DNA of 64,000 bases from Felis catus. Taxonomy: Eukaryota. Made by a program: the position numbers and the translations under genes. The first letter of the stretch is position 1; every line of letters begins with the position of its first letter. The notes below the pieces were generated by a model. The model ran no database searches. It had not been told where the DNA came from and saw nothing but the letters and a program-made list of their open reading frames with translations. The stretch covers positions 180,980,001-181,044,000 of the forward strand of contig NC_058368.1 of NCBI RefSeq assembly GCF_018350175.1, written 5' to 3'. Below are positions 24,601 to 38,064 of the stretch, piece by piece.

Positions 24601-26634
24601 AAGCACACTGTAGAACCTAAGTTACCTAAAATGCAAGGGATGATTATTATTATTCCATTTAAATTGATATGACAGCAGCATGCCCTTTGAAGGCAAATGG
24701 TGCACCTGAAGATTTGTCAACAAACCCAGCCGCCTGCAACAAAGACACCAGGAGTTTCTTAAAAATCTGTTCAGCATACTAAATATCAGATACAGGTCAT
24801 GACAGGAAGCCAAGTTTTGAGGAAAAGTTCAATTAATAGAATGAATCATTTCTCCTCTCTTCGTTTTGCCTATTTTTAAAAACGTCTTAACATAGAGCCA
24901 TAGTCAAGGGTAAAAACTAATCAGTACACCGAGAACTACCACAAATAGGTCTCTGAAGGGTGAAAAAAATGTGACAGATGTACAGAGAATCACTTGTAAG
25001 AGTATTTCAGCAACAGAGACAAGATGCTTGACTTAACAGATGTTTACAGTTAATAAATCCCATTTTAGAACTATTTTCACCAAATATTTTTCTAGTGATC
25101 TACCTGGCAGCCACCATGAAGGGAGCAGAAAAATATTTCATGTCGACAGCCTGATCAGAATGAGAAATCACACTCAGTGACAAGAATTCACTGCTACTCT
25201 GAGAGCTGTGGAGCAAAACCAGTGTCACAGCTGAATCCCCTACCTTTTCCTAGGTACTCATTAAAGGGTTCAGCTAAAGACTCCACCTACTCTGTCCATT
25301 AGGAGAGGTCCTTGCAAAGCTCCAGCTGCACGCACTTCAAGAAACCTTTACCCAGAGAGTCTATCACAACCTTCCCGTGGACAAAACTCACAGGCTGAGG
25401 TGAGGCACTGGCGAGTCTCCACGAGGGGCGGCCTGGCTTGCATTCAGTCTTGCCAGCCGCACTGATGAGCAGGAGAGGCTGGCCCACCATTGGCATAGGC
25501 TTGGGAAAGGGAAGCTCTTCCTTTTGTGTTCCCCTCTAACTACAGAAAATCACCAGCGATCCCAGCCTGACACAGCTGAGGCCTTCTCCAGCTGCGAAGC
25601 AAGAACATAATAGACAATATCTGCTCTCCCCTCCTCCCTTTTTCTCTCCATTCCCTGTAGACACACTCAGCATGAGGTTCCTGAGGAATTAGTTGCAGGA
25701 GGACACCTCCCCCGCTGGCAGCCAAATGCCAACTGCACGTCCTGCCCATGTAATGTGTCTGACATTTCTGCATCTCTCTGGGTTAACGTTGTTTGACACG
25801 GACTTTCTGAAATACCTCTTTAAAAGGTTTGTGCATGTGTGTATGAGTGTAGGTGTGCACCATTTCTGTTGTTTCATGGCATCACTGCGTGTATTTATTA
25901 TTATTATTCTAAATTATTCTCTTAGTTGCTGACACATCTCTGCTTTGGCATTTCCACTTAGGCAGAAGTAATTGGTTTCAGAAGGCTGAAAACCCTTATT
26001 TGAAACCATGTGCACATTCCTGTTGATGGATGCCATAAAATGTTCAAATATCATCTTCCCTTAAGTAAAACAAGCGTTAAAATCCAGAAGGACGAAGTGT
26101 GATTGACAGCATGGCATACTTACATTTTAACTACCTGTTGTCAAATTATTTTAAAGCACCTGTATACGAAATGGGGTCAGTGCTCCTTCTTGGTCAGTTA
26201 CCTTTACATAGATCTTATCAAGTTTGAAAGGGATTATCTTTCCCTGTACTGGAAAGTACTTTCCATTTCTCATTGTGTTTCCTACTGGGCAAAGGGCTGA
26301 TTAAGTCAAGATCTCTCTCAAACATTCACACAAGGTGCTGTTTCTGATGGAGAAGACAATAAACATCTATCCATCATGGTTGGAAGCAAGATCTAGTTGT
26401 AGCCCTTATACCCAGAAAGCAGAGCTTTTTTTTCTTGTGATATCTTTGGATATTTTTTGTGATTTTATTTTTAAAGAATGGCATGGCATGGCTGCTGAAA
26501 TGGATTACACAGATGACATCAGTATCTGAGACAAAAGAAAATTCTACCCAGAAACAATGAACCCCAATGCCAGATGGAGTACCGAAGGCAACTAGATGTC
26601 TTGGCATAGCTACAGCAGAATGATCGACTAGGCA

Positions 26635-26653
26635 CACGTGTGGGAACCACGTG
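26635..26653. promoter_or_regulatory. Tandem canonical E-boxes CACGTG-N7-CACGTG
   Basis: cacgtg (26635-26640) tgggaac cacgtg (26648-26653); motif match only. Confidence 0.45.
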
Positions 26654-26785
26654 TGTTTTGTACCACCACAATATCTGCCTATGTGAGGCACCACAAAATT
26701 CACTCTACCACTGGTGGAATTGTCAAAGACCACCCTGCAAACTCAGGGCAGAAATCACATTCACAGCATCCCCACGTGATGCCCA

Positions 26786-26995
26786 GAGGCAATATGGCAG
26801 CACAGTAAAGCCTGTAGAGTCTATACCTGGTCTGACTGCGTTCAAATCCCAGCTTTGTCAGCTATTCATTGGGTAATTTTAGGCAAGCAGCTTAACCATA
26901 CCATGCCTCAGTTTCTTCATCTGTACTATGGGAATAATAGAGACTACCCCAAAGGATTGTTTTGAGTATTGAGGTAATAAAGGCAAAAACACTTC
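26786..26995 (+). mobile_element. MIR SINE
   Basis: gttcaaatcccagctt...ggcaagcagcttaacc...gcctcagtttcttcatctgtactatgggaataatag. Confidence 0.85.
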
Positions 26996-27059
26996 AATCA
27001 TTGATTTCACAAGCATTGCTATTCAGTCTCTTCCTGATTACTCAGCACACAAGAGAGAC

Positions 27060-27400
27060 TAGGTCCCATTCCATTCTTGGTTAGATACTATTGTCTGAAG
27101 TTTCATCTCTACACTGAGCACAAATTAAGCTCCTGCAATTTCAAACAATTTACCCCAGGTCTATTAGGAAAGGCACAGCCAGAGAAGTATCATTTCTTTT
27201 CTGCCGATAGTTCTTCACAAGATTTGAGACAGCTGTAATGCATCCTTAGGTCTTGCAAAGACCAAGCCAAGCTTGTTTGAAACAACATTTCCTTATATGG
27301 CAGCGGTCATATTTTTCTTCATCTTTATCATCTTTGCTTCATATTTGTTAGCGTCCTTAAGTTGCATCATATCAAATGGAACACAAGTTTCTGGAAGACT
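27060..27400 (-). mobile_element. L3/CR1 LINE relic (3' end of ORF2)
   Basis: cccattccattcttgg...ctcctgcaatttc...agatttgagacagctgtaatg...ttccttatatg follows the recalled antisense L3 consensus. Confidence 0.65.
27291..27300. promoter_or_regulatory. Perfect CArG box (SRF motif)
   Basis: CCTTATATGG matches CC(A/T)6GG; motif match only. Confidence 0.35.
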
Positions 27401-28825
27401 ATTTCTTAGGCTAGATATGCCATATCCTCAATCTTAGAAATGACCAGGTATAGTCTATTCATAGTCACATGGCCAGCCACTCATTCTCTTGGCCCAAAAT
27501 GTGTTTTTCAAATCGAGCTCTAAAGGAGGTTCCCCCCCCCCCCGCCCCTTGATATCAGTGTGAAGGATACACTCTCTTGTGTATAGACCCATATAACTAA
27601 ATACTTATAATTATCCTGCGGCTAAAGAACCTTCTGAAAAATCAGTTCACAGCTCTCCTGGATGGAAATCTATATCTGGAACTAAGTTTGCCAAGCACCT
27701 GGGTGATCAGTCAGCCTAACCACCTTATTTTTCCCAAGATACTCAGAAACTTCCCCAAGCTCACATCAAGATAGGGCTGAGCCATTGTGAAACCATGGGC
27801 TAGTACTTGCTCAAGGCCTCTCTACATGGCCAAGCAGCATTTTCTTTCTCATGATCTTGATTATAACCCCAGCCTATTTTTCTTCAAGAGAGATACACCA
27901 GTGGAACTCAATAGCTTTTCTATCATAGCAAATCAGTGCAGCTGATGGGTAATCCCTATTAAAATCAGGCCGTATGCAGGTGTGGGCAGTGATAAATGCT
28001 TAGAGTGATGTTTTCGAAGGGTGTTTCAAGAAGGGGCCCGAGAACTAAAGGAAGACCATGTGTAAGTCTTTTTAATTGCAATCCATCCCAAATTTCTTAG
28101 GCTGAAGGCATCAAGTCTTTGTTCAGTGGCACAGACATTAGTGTGGGCCTGCGTGGCTGATGTGTTGACTCAGCAGCACCATGTCCTCCAAAAAGAGAAG
28201 ATTTGTTTCTAAACCCTTCCTAACTCTACTGACAGATGACCTTGAGCAAGAAAAGGGGAATTCATTTATTCCTTCCTAAAAATTCACTTATTCCTTTAAA
28301 AAAGGAAAGAATTTAAAAAAAATAAGAAGCCACTTTGTACCTTGCCTGACACAGACAAGGTGAACCTGAATATAAAATGTGCATTTGTAGCTTTTAAGAA
28401 AACAAAACTGAAAAAAGGTAGAAATGCTACTTTTAAAATATTTTCATATCCTGGAAGCAGTTGTAATTAAAATTAAAACAACAACAGACAAGCACAACTC
28501 AAGGCAAGGCAAATCTCAGGTCACATGAGTCTTTGGATCAGGCTCAATATGTAAGAAGAGATTTCCCTGATTCTGCTCAGAGTGACCTTTTCCTGTTCTC
28601 ACTCTATCTTGCTGAATTTCATGGCACATCACATATTGCACTGTAATAGGTCTATGTGCATATGTCCACTATGGAACTAAATTGTAAGCTTCTGAGGGAC
28701 CAGGACAAAGCATGCTGCTTTCTGCCATCATAGCATATTGCATGATTTGACAACCTCCCATTGGTTCTCTCAGTATCACTCTTATTCCTCCAATCCCTTA
28801 TATCTGCATGGCAGGCAAAATGACA

Positions 28826-29015
28826 TTTTATTTTTTAACATTTATTTATTTTGAGAGAGAGAGTGTGTGTGAGGGAGGAGAAGAGAGAGGGGGAGAGAGA
28901 ATCCCAAGCAGGCTCTGTGCTGACAGCACAGAGGGGCTCAATCTCACAAACTGTGAGATCATGACCTGAGCCAAAACCAAGAGTCAGATGCTCAACCGAG
29001 CCACCCAGGTGCCCC
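28826..29015 (-). mobile_element. Can-SINE
   Basis: tttaacatttatttattttgagagaga...gagccacccaggtgcccc; TSD aaaatgacattt/aaaatgatcttt. Confidence 0.95.
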
Positions 29016-29042
29016 AAAATGATCTTTTAAAAACAAATTTCA

Positions 29043-29230
29043 GGTCACCTGGGTAGCAGTCAGTTAAGCATCAGACTCTTAATTTCAGCTCATGTCATGA
29101 TCTCATGGTTTGTGGGTTCAAGTCCTGCTTCAGCATGGACCCCGCTTGGGATCTCCTCTCTCCCTCTTGCTCTGCCCCTCCACCTCTCACTTTCTCTGTC
29201 TCACACACAAAATAAATAAAACTCGAAAAA
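29043..29230 (+). mobile_element. Can-SINE
   Basis: ggtcacctgggtagcagtcagttaagcatcagactct...ctctgcccctcc...aaaataaataaa. Confidence 0.92.
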
Positions 29231-30779
29231 GAATCTCATGATTATATCCCCTTCTTAAAAATCCTTCACTGACTTCCATTTTTGTGAGGACAGAGTTTAT
29301 ACCACTTTCTGAGGGTCCAGGAACCTCTGTAGGATCTGTTACCTGTCCACTCTTATCATGTGTCTCTCCTCATTCCTACTCCCTCTTTCTGCCCCCGCAA
29401 CCCTGTCCTCCTTTCAGTTATGGGAACACATTATTTTCCTTCCCTGTCCACATGTATGATTTCTCCCCCTCCCTCCCACAGCCTTCCCTCTGGTTACCTT
29501 CTATAAATCAGTTCACTTCTTTAGGGAAGCCTTTCCTCATATCATATTCAAGTCAAGTTTCCCTGATGTTACATACTATCATTCTATCCTATAAATTTTC
29601 TCCAAGACCTTCTGAAGGCATATTTCCTGATCCACTGGTGAAATAGGATATAATCGTGTCAGAAAATGTTACATTCCTAAGTTCTCAGAAACCTTCTAAG
29701 GAGTGGAACTGTGCCACCAAAGGAGGAATTATATTCCCTTCTGAAAATAAAATATCAGTGCAGACTTATTTTGGGGTGGGGGAGTTAGAATCTACCATAA
29801 TGCTTCATCAGCCACACACATCATTTTTACTTAAAAAAAAAAAAAAAGAAAGCCCCAGGCTGTTTAATGAGCTCAATATTTTAAGAAGCTCCCAAAGGTT
29901 TAGAGAGGATCAAAGTGTAGGTATATTACTGTATTATAGTGTATTTTCAAAGTTTTAGTTGGCCTTTTTTGATAAACTGCCTCTCTGGTATATCAGTCAT
30001 TCCCAGCAGACATGTACCACACTTGGACTCCTCCCCCTTATAATCAGGCTCAAAACTTCAGAAAAAAGTTGGAGTCAAAAGAAAAGGACCATTGCAAGAT
30101 CATTAGGGCAACACTGTCACCCACAATTCTTCAGTACATCAAGTTCAAGGAGAAACACCATGACTCTGAGAATTGGACCCCCTAACTGTGGGTGGCCCTG
30201 GAGCCCACAATACTCTAAGAATGTTTATATCAACACCAACTGAAACACACAAGAGCAGGGGACTAAACCAGTCTGGAGTGAGGGCAGGGGGAAAAGGGTG
30301 GAGAAATTGTATTTACAGAGCATCTACTCTGGCCAGTTCCTCTGCCAGAGGCAGAGGCTCTATATCCAGTTTGTCATTTAGTTCTACTTGTCACTTGGCT
30401 GTTTTGTTAGGATTCTCCAGGTAAGCTGATAACTTTCCTGCTGAATAATGAACCAATACTGCAATTAGCCCCTATATATCTTTTCTGCTTAAAAAATAAT
30501 CTCCATTACTTACAATATAGAATACAATATACACCCCTAAGATTGGGGGTAAAAAACAAAGACACTCATTCAAAAATACAGGTATCAAATGCGAATGCAT
30601 AGTCATAGGCAGATTTAACTGTGCTTCTGCCCCTCTCATCCTGACCTGGGAGATGTGGGTCACAGGACTCAGCATAGGATTCATAGAACTACTCAGTCCA
30701 CAGAGAGCACTCTCTTTCCGTTGAACTTTTAACTTCCTTAAGTTCATCTTATTATGGCTATCTGAACATCCTTTTTTCC

Positions 30780-30895
30780 CTAACCTACTAAAGCATAAGT
30801 CCTTTAGAGACAGGACTCAGGTCTTACTTATTACTATATTCCTGTCAGTTCTTAGCATAATGCCTTCTATGGCATTGGTCCTAAATAATATTTTT
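30780..30895 (+). mobile_element. L2 3' end fragment
   Basis: ctactaaagcataagtcctttagagacaggactcaggtcttact...cttagcataatgcct. Confidence 0.55.
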
Positions 30896-32339
30896 TCACT
30901 TTTTTCTCAATTTCTCTAGAGTTCCAGTAAAAGTAATACTTAATTATTCCAATAGATATATAATAAAATCAGTACCATTGTTTGGTATCTTTTAAATAAA
31001 TGAAGATAAATACATATACAAATATGTGAATTGTTCTTTTTTTAAATGAATAACAGCAGCCTTTACAGACTGAAATTTCTTTACACATCAACACCTTGAA
31101 TGTAGATCACTGCAACTTAGTGGAATTCTTTTCAATACACATCATAAAACAATTTAACTTCCATGTGGGGTAGGGGGAATTTTATATACCCTTCTTATGA
31201 GTGAAGAGAATTAAAGAAAAACAGGAAATAGACCAATGGGAATAATTTTTGTTAATGATTACAGCGAATTGGAAGGAAAATGAACAACTAATTTTTCAGT
31301 AGGAAATAGTAGAGGATAGCACATTTTCAAACAGCCAGTTTGATAGGATGTGAAAGGTAAAACTAGACTTTTATCCTAGAAATCTTTAAGTAAAAATGAT
31401 CACATAACTAAAGGTTTCTGACAACTGGAAACTAACAAGAATTAGAAAAGCTTCATAAAGAATTGTGGAAAGAATTGATAACATACAGAAAGGAGCTAGA
31501 ATAAGAGCAGTGCCTCTCAAGATTATAAAAAACAGACAAGAACAGGAACATACACTCATTAAAATAAATTTCAGAACTGGGATTACCTGTTTTACTAATT
31601 CATGAAATAATTGAAAATAAAAATCATAGAATACTGTTGATATTGAAGACCAAATCTATGGCAAGTAACCAAAAGGCAAATTTCACGTTAGTCCCTTCAA
31701 ATGAAAGGGATGGTAGTTTTCTTTCCCTACAGGAAAGTCCTCCCCACACCCTCATAGTCAAATGACTCAGAAAAGGCCCAATAGATGTTACTAGAATTTG
31801 GCAAAAGTATTCACATTTCAGCTGGGAATAAGCTTGAGGTATTACAGCCCAGAGGCATATCTTTAAGAAAGTTATAGGAGAACATAAATAGATTCTTAGA
31901 ATAGAAATGGCTCTTTCAGCATAGGTTAATGGAAGATATGTTATCACTAAGTTGGGCAGGGAAAATGGAGAATTGATATATTAGGTTACCCAGGCTTGAT
32001 AGAGAAATTGCCAATCTTTATGGAAGATTTGCAGAATATTTAAAAAAGACACAGAAGGAAGGGCTTTACGTGTTTAAATGTATCTTTCTCTCCATCTCTC
32101 CTGCCAGCCTCATGTTCTAAGTAGGGATATATGACTTGCTCCTGCTAATTCTTCCTCCACACATTGGCTTGAGGGGCTGTGTTTTGGCTTTTTGTTTTGC
32201 TTGGTTATGTTCTGTTTTGTTTTAATGCAGATCTGGGCATGAGCCTTCTGCCCCTGACAGACATAGACAAATCCTCCAGACATCCTCTTTTTGCGTAGCT
32301 TTTTACACAGTTTCGATGGTTTATCTGTTTGCTACCCAC

Positions 32340-32711
32340 TGTCTTGGTCAGCTTTGGCTGCCATAACAAATACCACCAACCAGGAGGCTTAAATAACCAT
32401 CATTTGTTTCTCACAGTTCTGGCTGCTGGCAGTCTGAGGCCAAAGTGACAGCATGGTTGTCTTAAGAGGAAGGTCCTTTCCTTATTTTGTAGACTAAAAC
32501 CTCTCACTCTGTCCTCATGAGGTGGAGAGAGAGCTGAGGTCTAGTCTCTTCAACCCTTTCTAAATGCACTAATTCCATTCTGGAGTCTCCATCCTTATTA
32601 CCTCATCCACGCCTGATTACCTTCCAAAGACCTCACCTCCAAATACCATCATGTTGGGGATCAAGGCTTTCACATATGGATTTTAGGGGACAAAAACATT
32701 CAGTGCACTCA
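32340..32711 (-). mobile_element. MaLR LTR (MLT1A-like solo LTR) inserted in an L2 relic
   Basis: tgtcttggtcagctttggctgccataacaaatacca...tctcacagttctgg...cacctccaaataccatca...ggggacaaaaacattcag. Confidence 0.9.
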
Positions 32712-33674
32712 TCTTACCCATAAGAGTTCAAGCTCTAGGAGGTCAGAGAACTCTATTCTACTCCCTACTAATACCTGCATGCCTTGTGCTGTACTTGGAA
32801 CACTGTTGGTAGTTCATAAAGATTTATGAGATGTATATACGTATTTCTAGAGGAAACTGTAGATTACCCAATTACTACCTGGGAAACACCAAAAATAAAC
32901 TTCCTTAAACGATGTTAACATTTTTTATGTTTCCACAGAATATCTTCTTAGTAGCTCATTAGTTGTGTAAAATCCAGCTCTGTAGATTAGTAATTTAGCT
33001 CCACAGTGTCCACATAACTCAAAACGGAAATAGGCAGGTGCCATATGAATTTAAGTGGTTTGGGTATTAGCACAGGTTTTTAAGTAATCAAAGCTCTCAG
33101 GACATTTGTAGTTGATTCTCTATAATTTAGATGTGTGTGTATGCGTCTTGTCTTTCCATTGTACCACCCTCAGGGGACCATGGTTGTTTGTACCCTTATA
33201 GTGCCTATCCTGGTGCTAAGCATAAAGCAAATAATGAATACATTTGCACTGACCTATGTATCAATGTGAAAATTGGGTGAAAAGTGACCTCTGGGGCTGC
33301 TAGAACGTAGAAGAGAGTATTTCTACATGAAAGAATCCTAGGGAAGATTAGCGAACCTCAAATCCATTTAAAGAGGCCACATCAGGCATTTTTGTATGGC
33401 TAGAGCTGGGGAGGACAATGGGGCTCGCTTTGGGAACTCAGCACAAATGCCTGCTTTTCTGTTACTGAGACTAGCTGGCATAAAGACCATGACTTTGGAT
33501 TTTGGCCCCAGACACATTTTTTTAAAGGAGTTGTTTCTTTATAAACCTTGTTTCCCCAATTAAAATTCCTGTCTCATGGGTTGTAAAGTCTAAACATGAT
33601 GCATTGAAAGGGATTAGCATAGTTTGGGGGCACATTAGCACCTAATATGTGGTAGTTAAGACTTTAGAAAACTT

Positions 33675-34138
33675 AGGTCCATGTAAAGAAAGGTATGCGA
33701 GTGTTCATAAGATCATAATAACCCCAAACTGGAATAAAATCCAAATGTGCATCACTTGGTGGATAAAGCAAATATGGTTTATCCATGTCAATGGAGTACT
33801 CTTCAGCAATAAAAAGGAATGAATTACCGATACATGTGACAAGATGAATGAACCTGAAAACCATCATGCCACATATTATGTAATTCCAATGGTAAGATAT
33901 GCCCAGAAAAAGGCAATGGTATAGAGACAAAAAGTAGATCAGTGGCTACTTAGGGCTGGGAGTGGGGCAGAGATGAACAGCAAATGGGCAGTAGGGCATT
34001 TCTCGATGATTGAAATGTTCTAAAAGGGGAGGATGTTGATGGATGTAGGACTCCATGTATTTGATAGAAAGTCAGAGCTGTAGATTTTTAATGGATAAAT
34101 TTTATGGTATGTGAATTATACCTTCATGAAGCAGTTGT
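33675..34138 (+). mobile_element. L1MB-type LINE-1 3' end
   Basis: ccaaactggaa...cagcaataaaaaggaatgaattac...atgaacctgaaaac...agacaaaaagtagatcagtggct...aattttatggtatgtgaattatacct. Confidence 0.9.
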
Positions 34139-35494
34139 GTTTTTCAAGGTCTATTAGAATGCTGAGAGAAACTAAGGAAGCAAGAGACCCGTCCCCTCCC
34201 ACCCCACACTTCATATTAGGAGAAGAGTCTCAGGGCTAAGCTGGAACTCTGCACAGAAGTGGACACAGAGGCTGTGGTTTCACTGGGCAGAATGATGGCA
34301 GGGCTGGCATTGCCAGAGACTCTTGGGAAATACCCTGATGCCTTCCCAGAGCTGGCAACAGTCCAGGATCATGTGGGGTGACTCCTGCAGCCAAAGCCCA
34401 TGGAACTGCTGGCCTGGGGACTGTGGTGTCCCTCAGGGGGAGCCAGAGACCTGCTACCAGGACTATTTGAAAATGGAACATTTCGGTACTTCACATTCCT
34501 GCTTTCTCCTCTAGCTTTGCAGTCTCTTTCATTGTAATTATTAACCAATGGTAGGCAGCTCATTTGAGAAGTATCTCTAAGACTTGCTGTTCTGATGAGG
34601 ATCTATACAGGCTTTGCTGGCAGCTTCCTGTCTAGAGAGGTTATTCAAAGAGAGACAGGCGATGTTGACACTGGTGCACAGTGTCACACAGAGACAAAAA
34701 GGTACCTGGAAGACCATCAGTCAGCCACAAACATGCAAGTCCCAGTAACAGGGGAATAATTGACATATTAAAATCTATAGGTCCTAGGAGGATACTAAAC
34801 CCATCACATTTTTCTAAAGAGATAGAGAAAGCACGGTGCCCACAATACATCAATTAAAACCTGCCATTTCCCCAAAGCTGTCAGCTTCAGAGAGGCTGCC
34901 AGAAGTCCCCCTTCTCCGAGGGCGTCTTGAAAATGAGCACCTGGGGCAGCCAGAGCTATTAATAGGTGGAAGGAATGATAGAAAATGTCACAATGCACCT
35001 TTCCAAATAAAAAGGTGTCCAGACTTCTCTGGGAGGAAAGCAGGAGAGGAAAATGGCCCAGAGTACTTAAGAAGTTATTGCATTTTCTTTTTCTGAACTC
35101 CTACAATATATTACAAGGTAGAGCTTGTCACTTCCAAGGTGTCTGGCCTCTCTGGCTGCAGTGCTGGAGTGTCTCGGAGCTTGATCATGGCTAGCGGGGT
35201 CGTCTTGCTTCGTTCTTTTCACGGAGGGGGCCAGAGAGGCATTGCTTCTGTTCCAATCAGGAGAGTAAGGACTGTTGCTGAGCTACAGCAGTGGGAAGGA
35301 CGGGGATCCCCTGACACTTCTTCTACTGCCTGAAACCTAGTCCAGACAGAGAAGAGCACCTGGGAGCCCTGCATTCCCAAGAGCTTAACAGGCATACTCA
35401 GAATCCCCCACTATACTTCTGGATTGATCTCAAAATAACCTCCATGAATTTCTTGTCAGCTTAATGCTTTCCCAATGAGACTGAAGAAACACAT

Positions 35495-35680
35495 TCTAGA
35501 GCTGAGGAAATAGGTTTCAGTTCCTACTAATTTCTAGAATTAGACCTTGGAATTCAAAAGCTGGGTGAGAACGGACAAGTCACTAGACTGCTTTAGATAT
35601 TTCTTCTTCCAATTATAAATAAAATAGCCCAACGTAATGATTATTCAAGCTCCCTTCTAGTTTTAAAATTACTAGATTGT
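35495..35680 (+). mobile_element. MIR fragment
   Basis: ggacaagtcact...atttcttcttccaattataaataaaa...cccttctagttttaaaatt. Confidence 0.45.
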
Positions 35681-36918
35681 AGCAGTGAGGTAAGATTTTT
35701 GCCCCTGGAACAGACTCAAGAATGCTCTCAATGAGGGGTAAGGTCAGTAGTCATTGCTTCAGTAGAAGCTGATTAAAACATCCATTCTTTTTTTTTTTTT
35801 TTTTTTTTAATAGCAAAGGTTGTTCTATTTTCCTCCAACCAAACTATCAAGCTTATAGTCGCTCTAATTTAACTTTATTACTCTTTTGTCTTGTCAATAA
35901 GAACATAATAGTGTCCTTAAAGAAGATGACAGCTTTTTTCTTCCTCTTTGAGGTTTATTTCAAACAATTTTCTTTCTCCCTAATGAGGCTGATCCATGTT
36001 TGCAATCACATATTGTGTTCTCTTAATGGGAAGGTTTCAAACAAGGAGAAGAAAAAGAAAAGGCTGCTTTCTTTTATTTATTTTTTGCTAGCCTTTTTGT
36101 CAGTTCAAATAGTTACCTTACACATCATTGATGAGTCATGGTCCCTGCAACACAGTGTGTGTTGAGAATGGTGCCTCTTCTTTGTTTTTTGTAAATGAGG
36201 TCTTGCCCAGCCAGTCAATGTGCTTACACTGCCCCACTTTCTGAGGCCCTGGGTCTCCAGGTTTTCTTCTGCAAACGGTAGGGGCCCAGCAGCTTTAAAG
36301 CTTTTTGATCAGGTTTCATGTGAGGAGACATTAAACATTAAGTGGCATATTGGAACTACCACTGAGGCACCATTAGTCAACAATTATTGGACTTTTAAAC
36401 TCTGGTCTCAGCTACCCCCCTCCCCCCAGGAAGTACACGCCCAGGCCTCTTACTCAAAGAGAAAAGCAACCATGTGTGCATGATTGTTTTTTTTTTTCCT
36501 TCAGTGTTGACAGGAGTTCAAGGATTCGGATTGCTAAGGATTTGGTGGCTCAGAACCAGTGTCCTATTCTAATGACCTGCATGGCAAAAGTGAATGAGTA
36601 CAAGAACAAAGATGCTGTAAATCTGCCAGCATGACTCTCTTTAGCCTACTTCCCCTCCCCCCCTTTTTTTTCACAAGGTTCCTCTCCCCCAGTTCACTGG
36701 AGAAAACCTCCCTCCTCAGTCCCCACTGTGTTGAAGATTTTAATGGGGTTCTGATAGTAGCTGCTAACATACCAGCCATGTGGACGTATACATAGCAAGC
36801 CCAAGTGAAGGTGTGCTGGGTAAAGAGTCTTAAATGTCAGGAAGTGATGTTTGTCTGACTTTAAGTCTGTGAACTCCACTTTTCTTTTTGATACTATCAA
36901 ATAGTTGGGCTACATAAT

Positions 36919-37143
36919 TTTTTTATATTTATCTATTTTTGAGAGAGAGAGAGAGAGAGTGCGCGCGAGCGTGCAGGCTAGCAAGCATGAGTGGGGGAGG
37001 GGCAGAGAAAGGGGGAGACACAGAATCTGAAGCATGCTGCAGACTCCAAGCTGTCAATACAGAGCCCAATACAGGGCTCAAACTCACTAACCTTGAGATC
37101 ATGACCTTAGGACGCTTAACTGACTGAACCACTCAGGCACTCC
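36919..37143 (-). mobile_element. Can-SINE
   Basis: tatttatctatttttgagagaga...gagacacagaatctgaagca...gagatcatgacct...ccactcaggcactcc; degenerate TSD tgggctacataatt/tgggccaaataatt. Confidence 0.95.
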
Positions 37144-38064
37144 TGGGCCAAATAATTGTTTAAGGTTTTATCCAAATCTCAATTCTATGCTAGGTATTAT
37201 AGGAATGGAGTGTAAAGGGACAGTGAAGCAAATGACTGAGAAAGAGGGAATTCTTAGAGAAACATAGGAATAAATTAGAAGGATAGATTATTCAACAAGT
37301 TTCAAAAGCTCAGCATAAGAAAACTCTAGCCCTAAAATGGAGTTAGTTTAGGTTCCTGGAGAGGAGGGAGAATAATTGATTACTGTTTCTGATGAGTTTG
37401 GCAACAATATGCAAGTTATGGTTAGGAGATTGTCAATGAGGAATGGGGAGCTCATATAAAGAGGGCCCGGTATCCCACAGAGTGGTGCTTATTCTTTTTT
37501 TTTTTTTTATCCAATTAAAATAAAAAAGGGAGATTAAGTTCCAGGGGGAAGGGGGCATCTGTTCGTTTATAGGCTTAGCACATTTGCTAGGAATAACTGC
37601 AGGTGCTGAATGAATGCATGACTGTCTAAAGTGACACAATTCCTTTCTCATCTATTAAGAACAAGGGACAAAGGATGGGGAAGCATCAGTGAGATTTGGC
37701 TTTTTTCTTCTGGAGAAATGAGAAGATGGGCAGTGAGAGGCAATGAGGTAGTTGAGAAAGTAAAAGGAGTTGCTGGGCCAGAAGTAAGGGTAATGTTTTC
37801 AGTATATTAAATCTAAGATAGAATCTAGAGAGAAGCAAAGATGCTGTGGTCAAGTAGCAGGCATCCTTAACATCACCTGTGTGGAGGGGATGTGTGAAGC
37901 AGGGTCGCTACTTCCCAGAGAGGGCTCATGATTGGCCACTTCTGAAGAACTACAAACTTTAGTGCTATACATGGAGCCAACAGGGCAATTTCTCCAGATT
38001 CCCTTTTCCAGATCATTAATGTGCTTTCTTCTACAGTCCATCCTTCCTTACACTCCTCATCTAA

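Larger units (their letters stand above)
28560..29600 (+). mobile_element. L2 fragments interrupted by two Can-SINEs
   Basis: attgtaagcttctgagggaccaggac; atgattatatccccttcttaaaaatccttcactgacttccatt; cacttctttagggaagcctttcct. Confidence 0.6.

Noticed and set aside
25419..25432. CTCF-like ccacgaggggcggc
   Set aside because: One G short of the core spacing, giving mismatches at critical positions.
31200..31620. A-rich stretch suggestive of an old L1/HAL1 coding relic
   Set aside because: Only compositional resemblance; I could not match it to any consensus.
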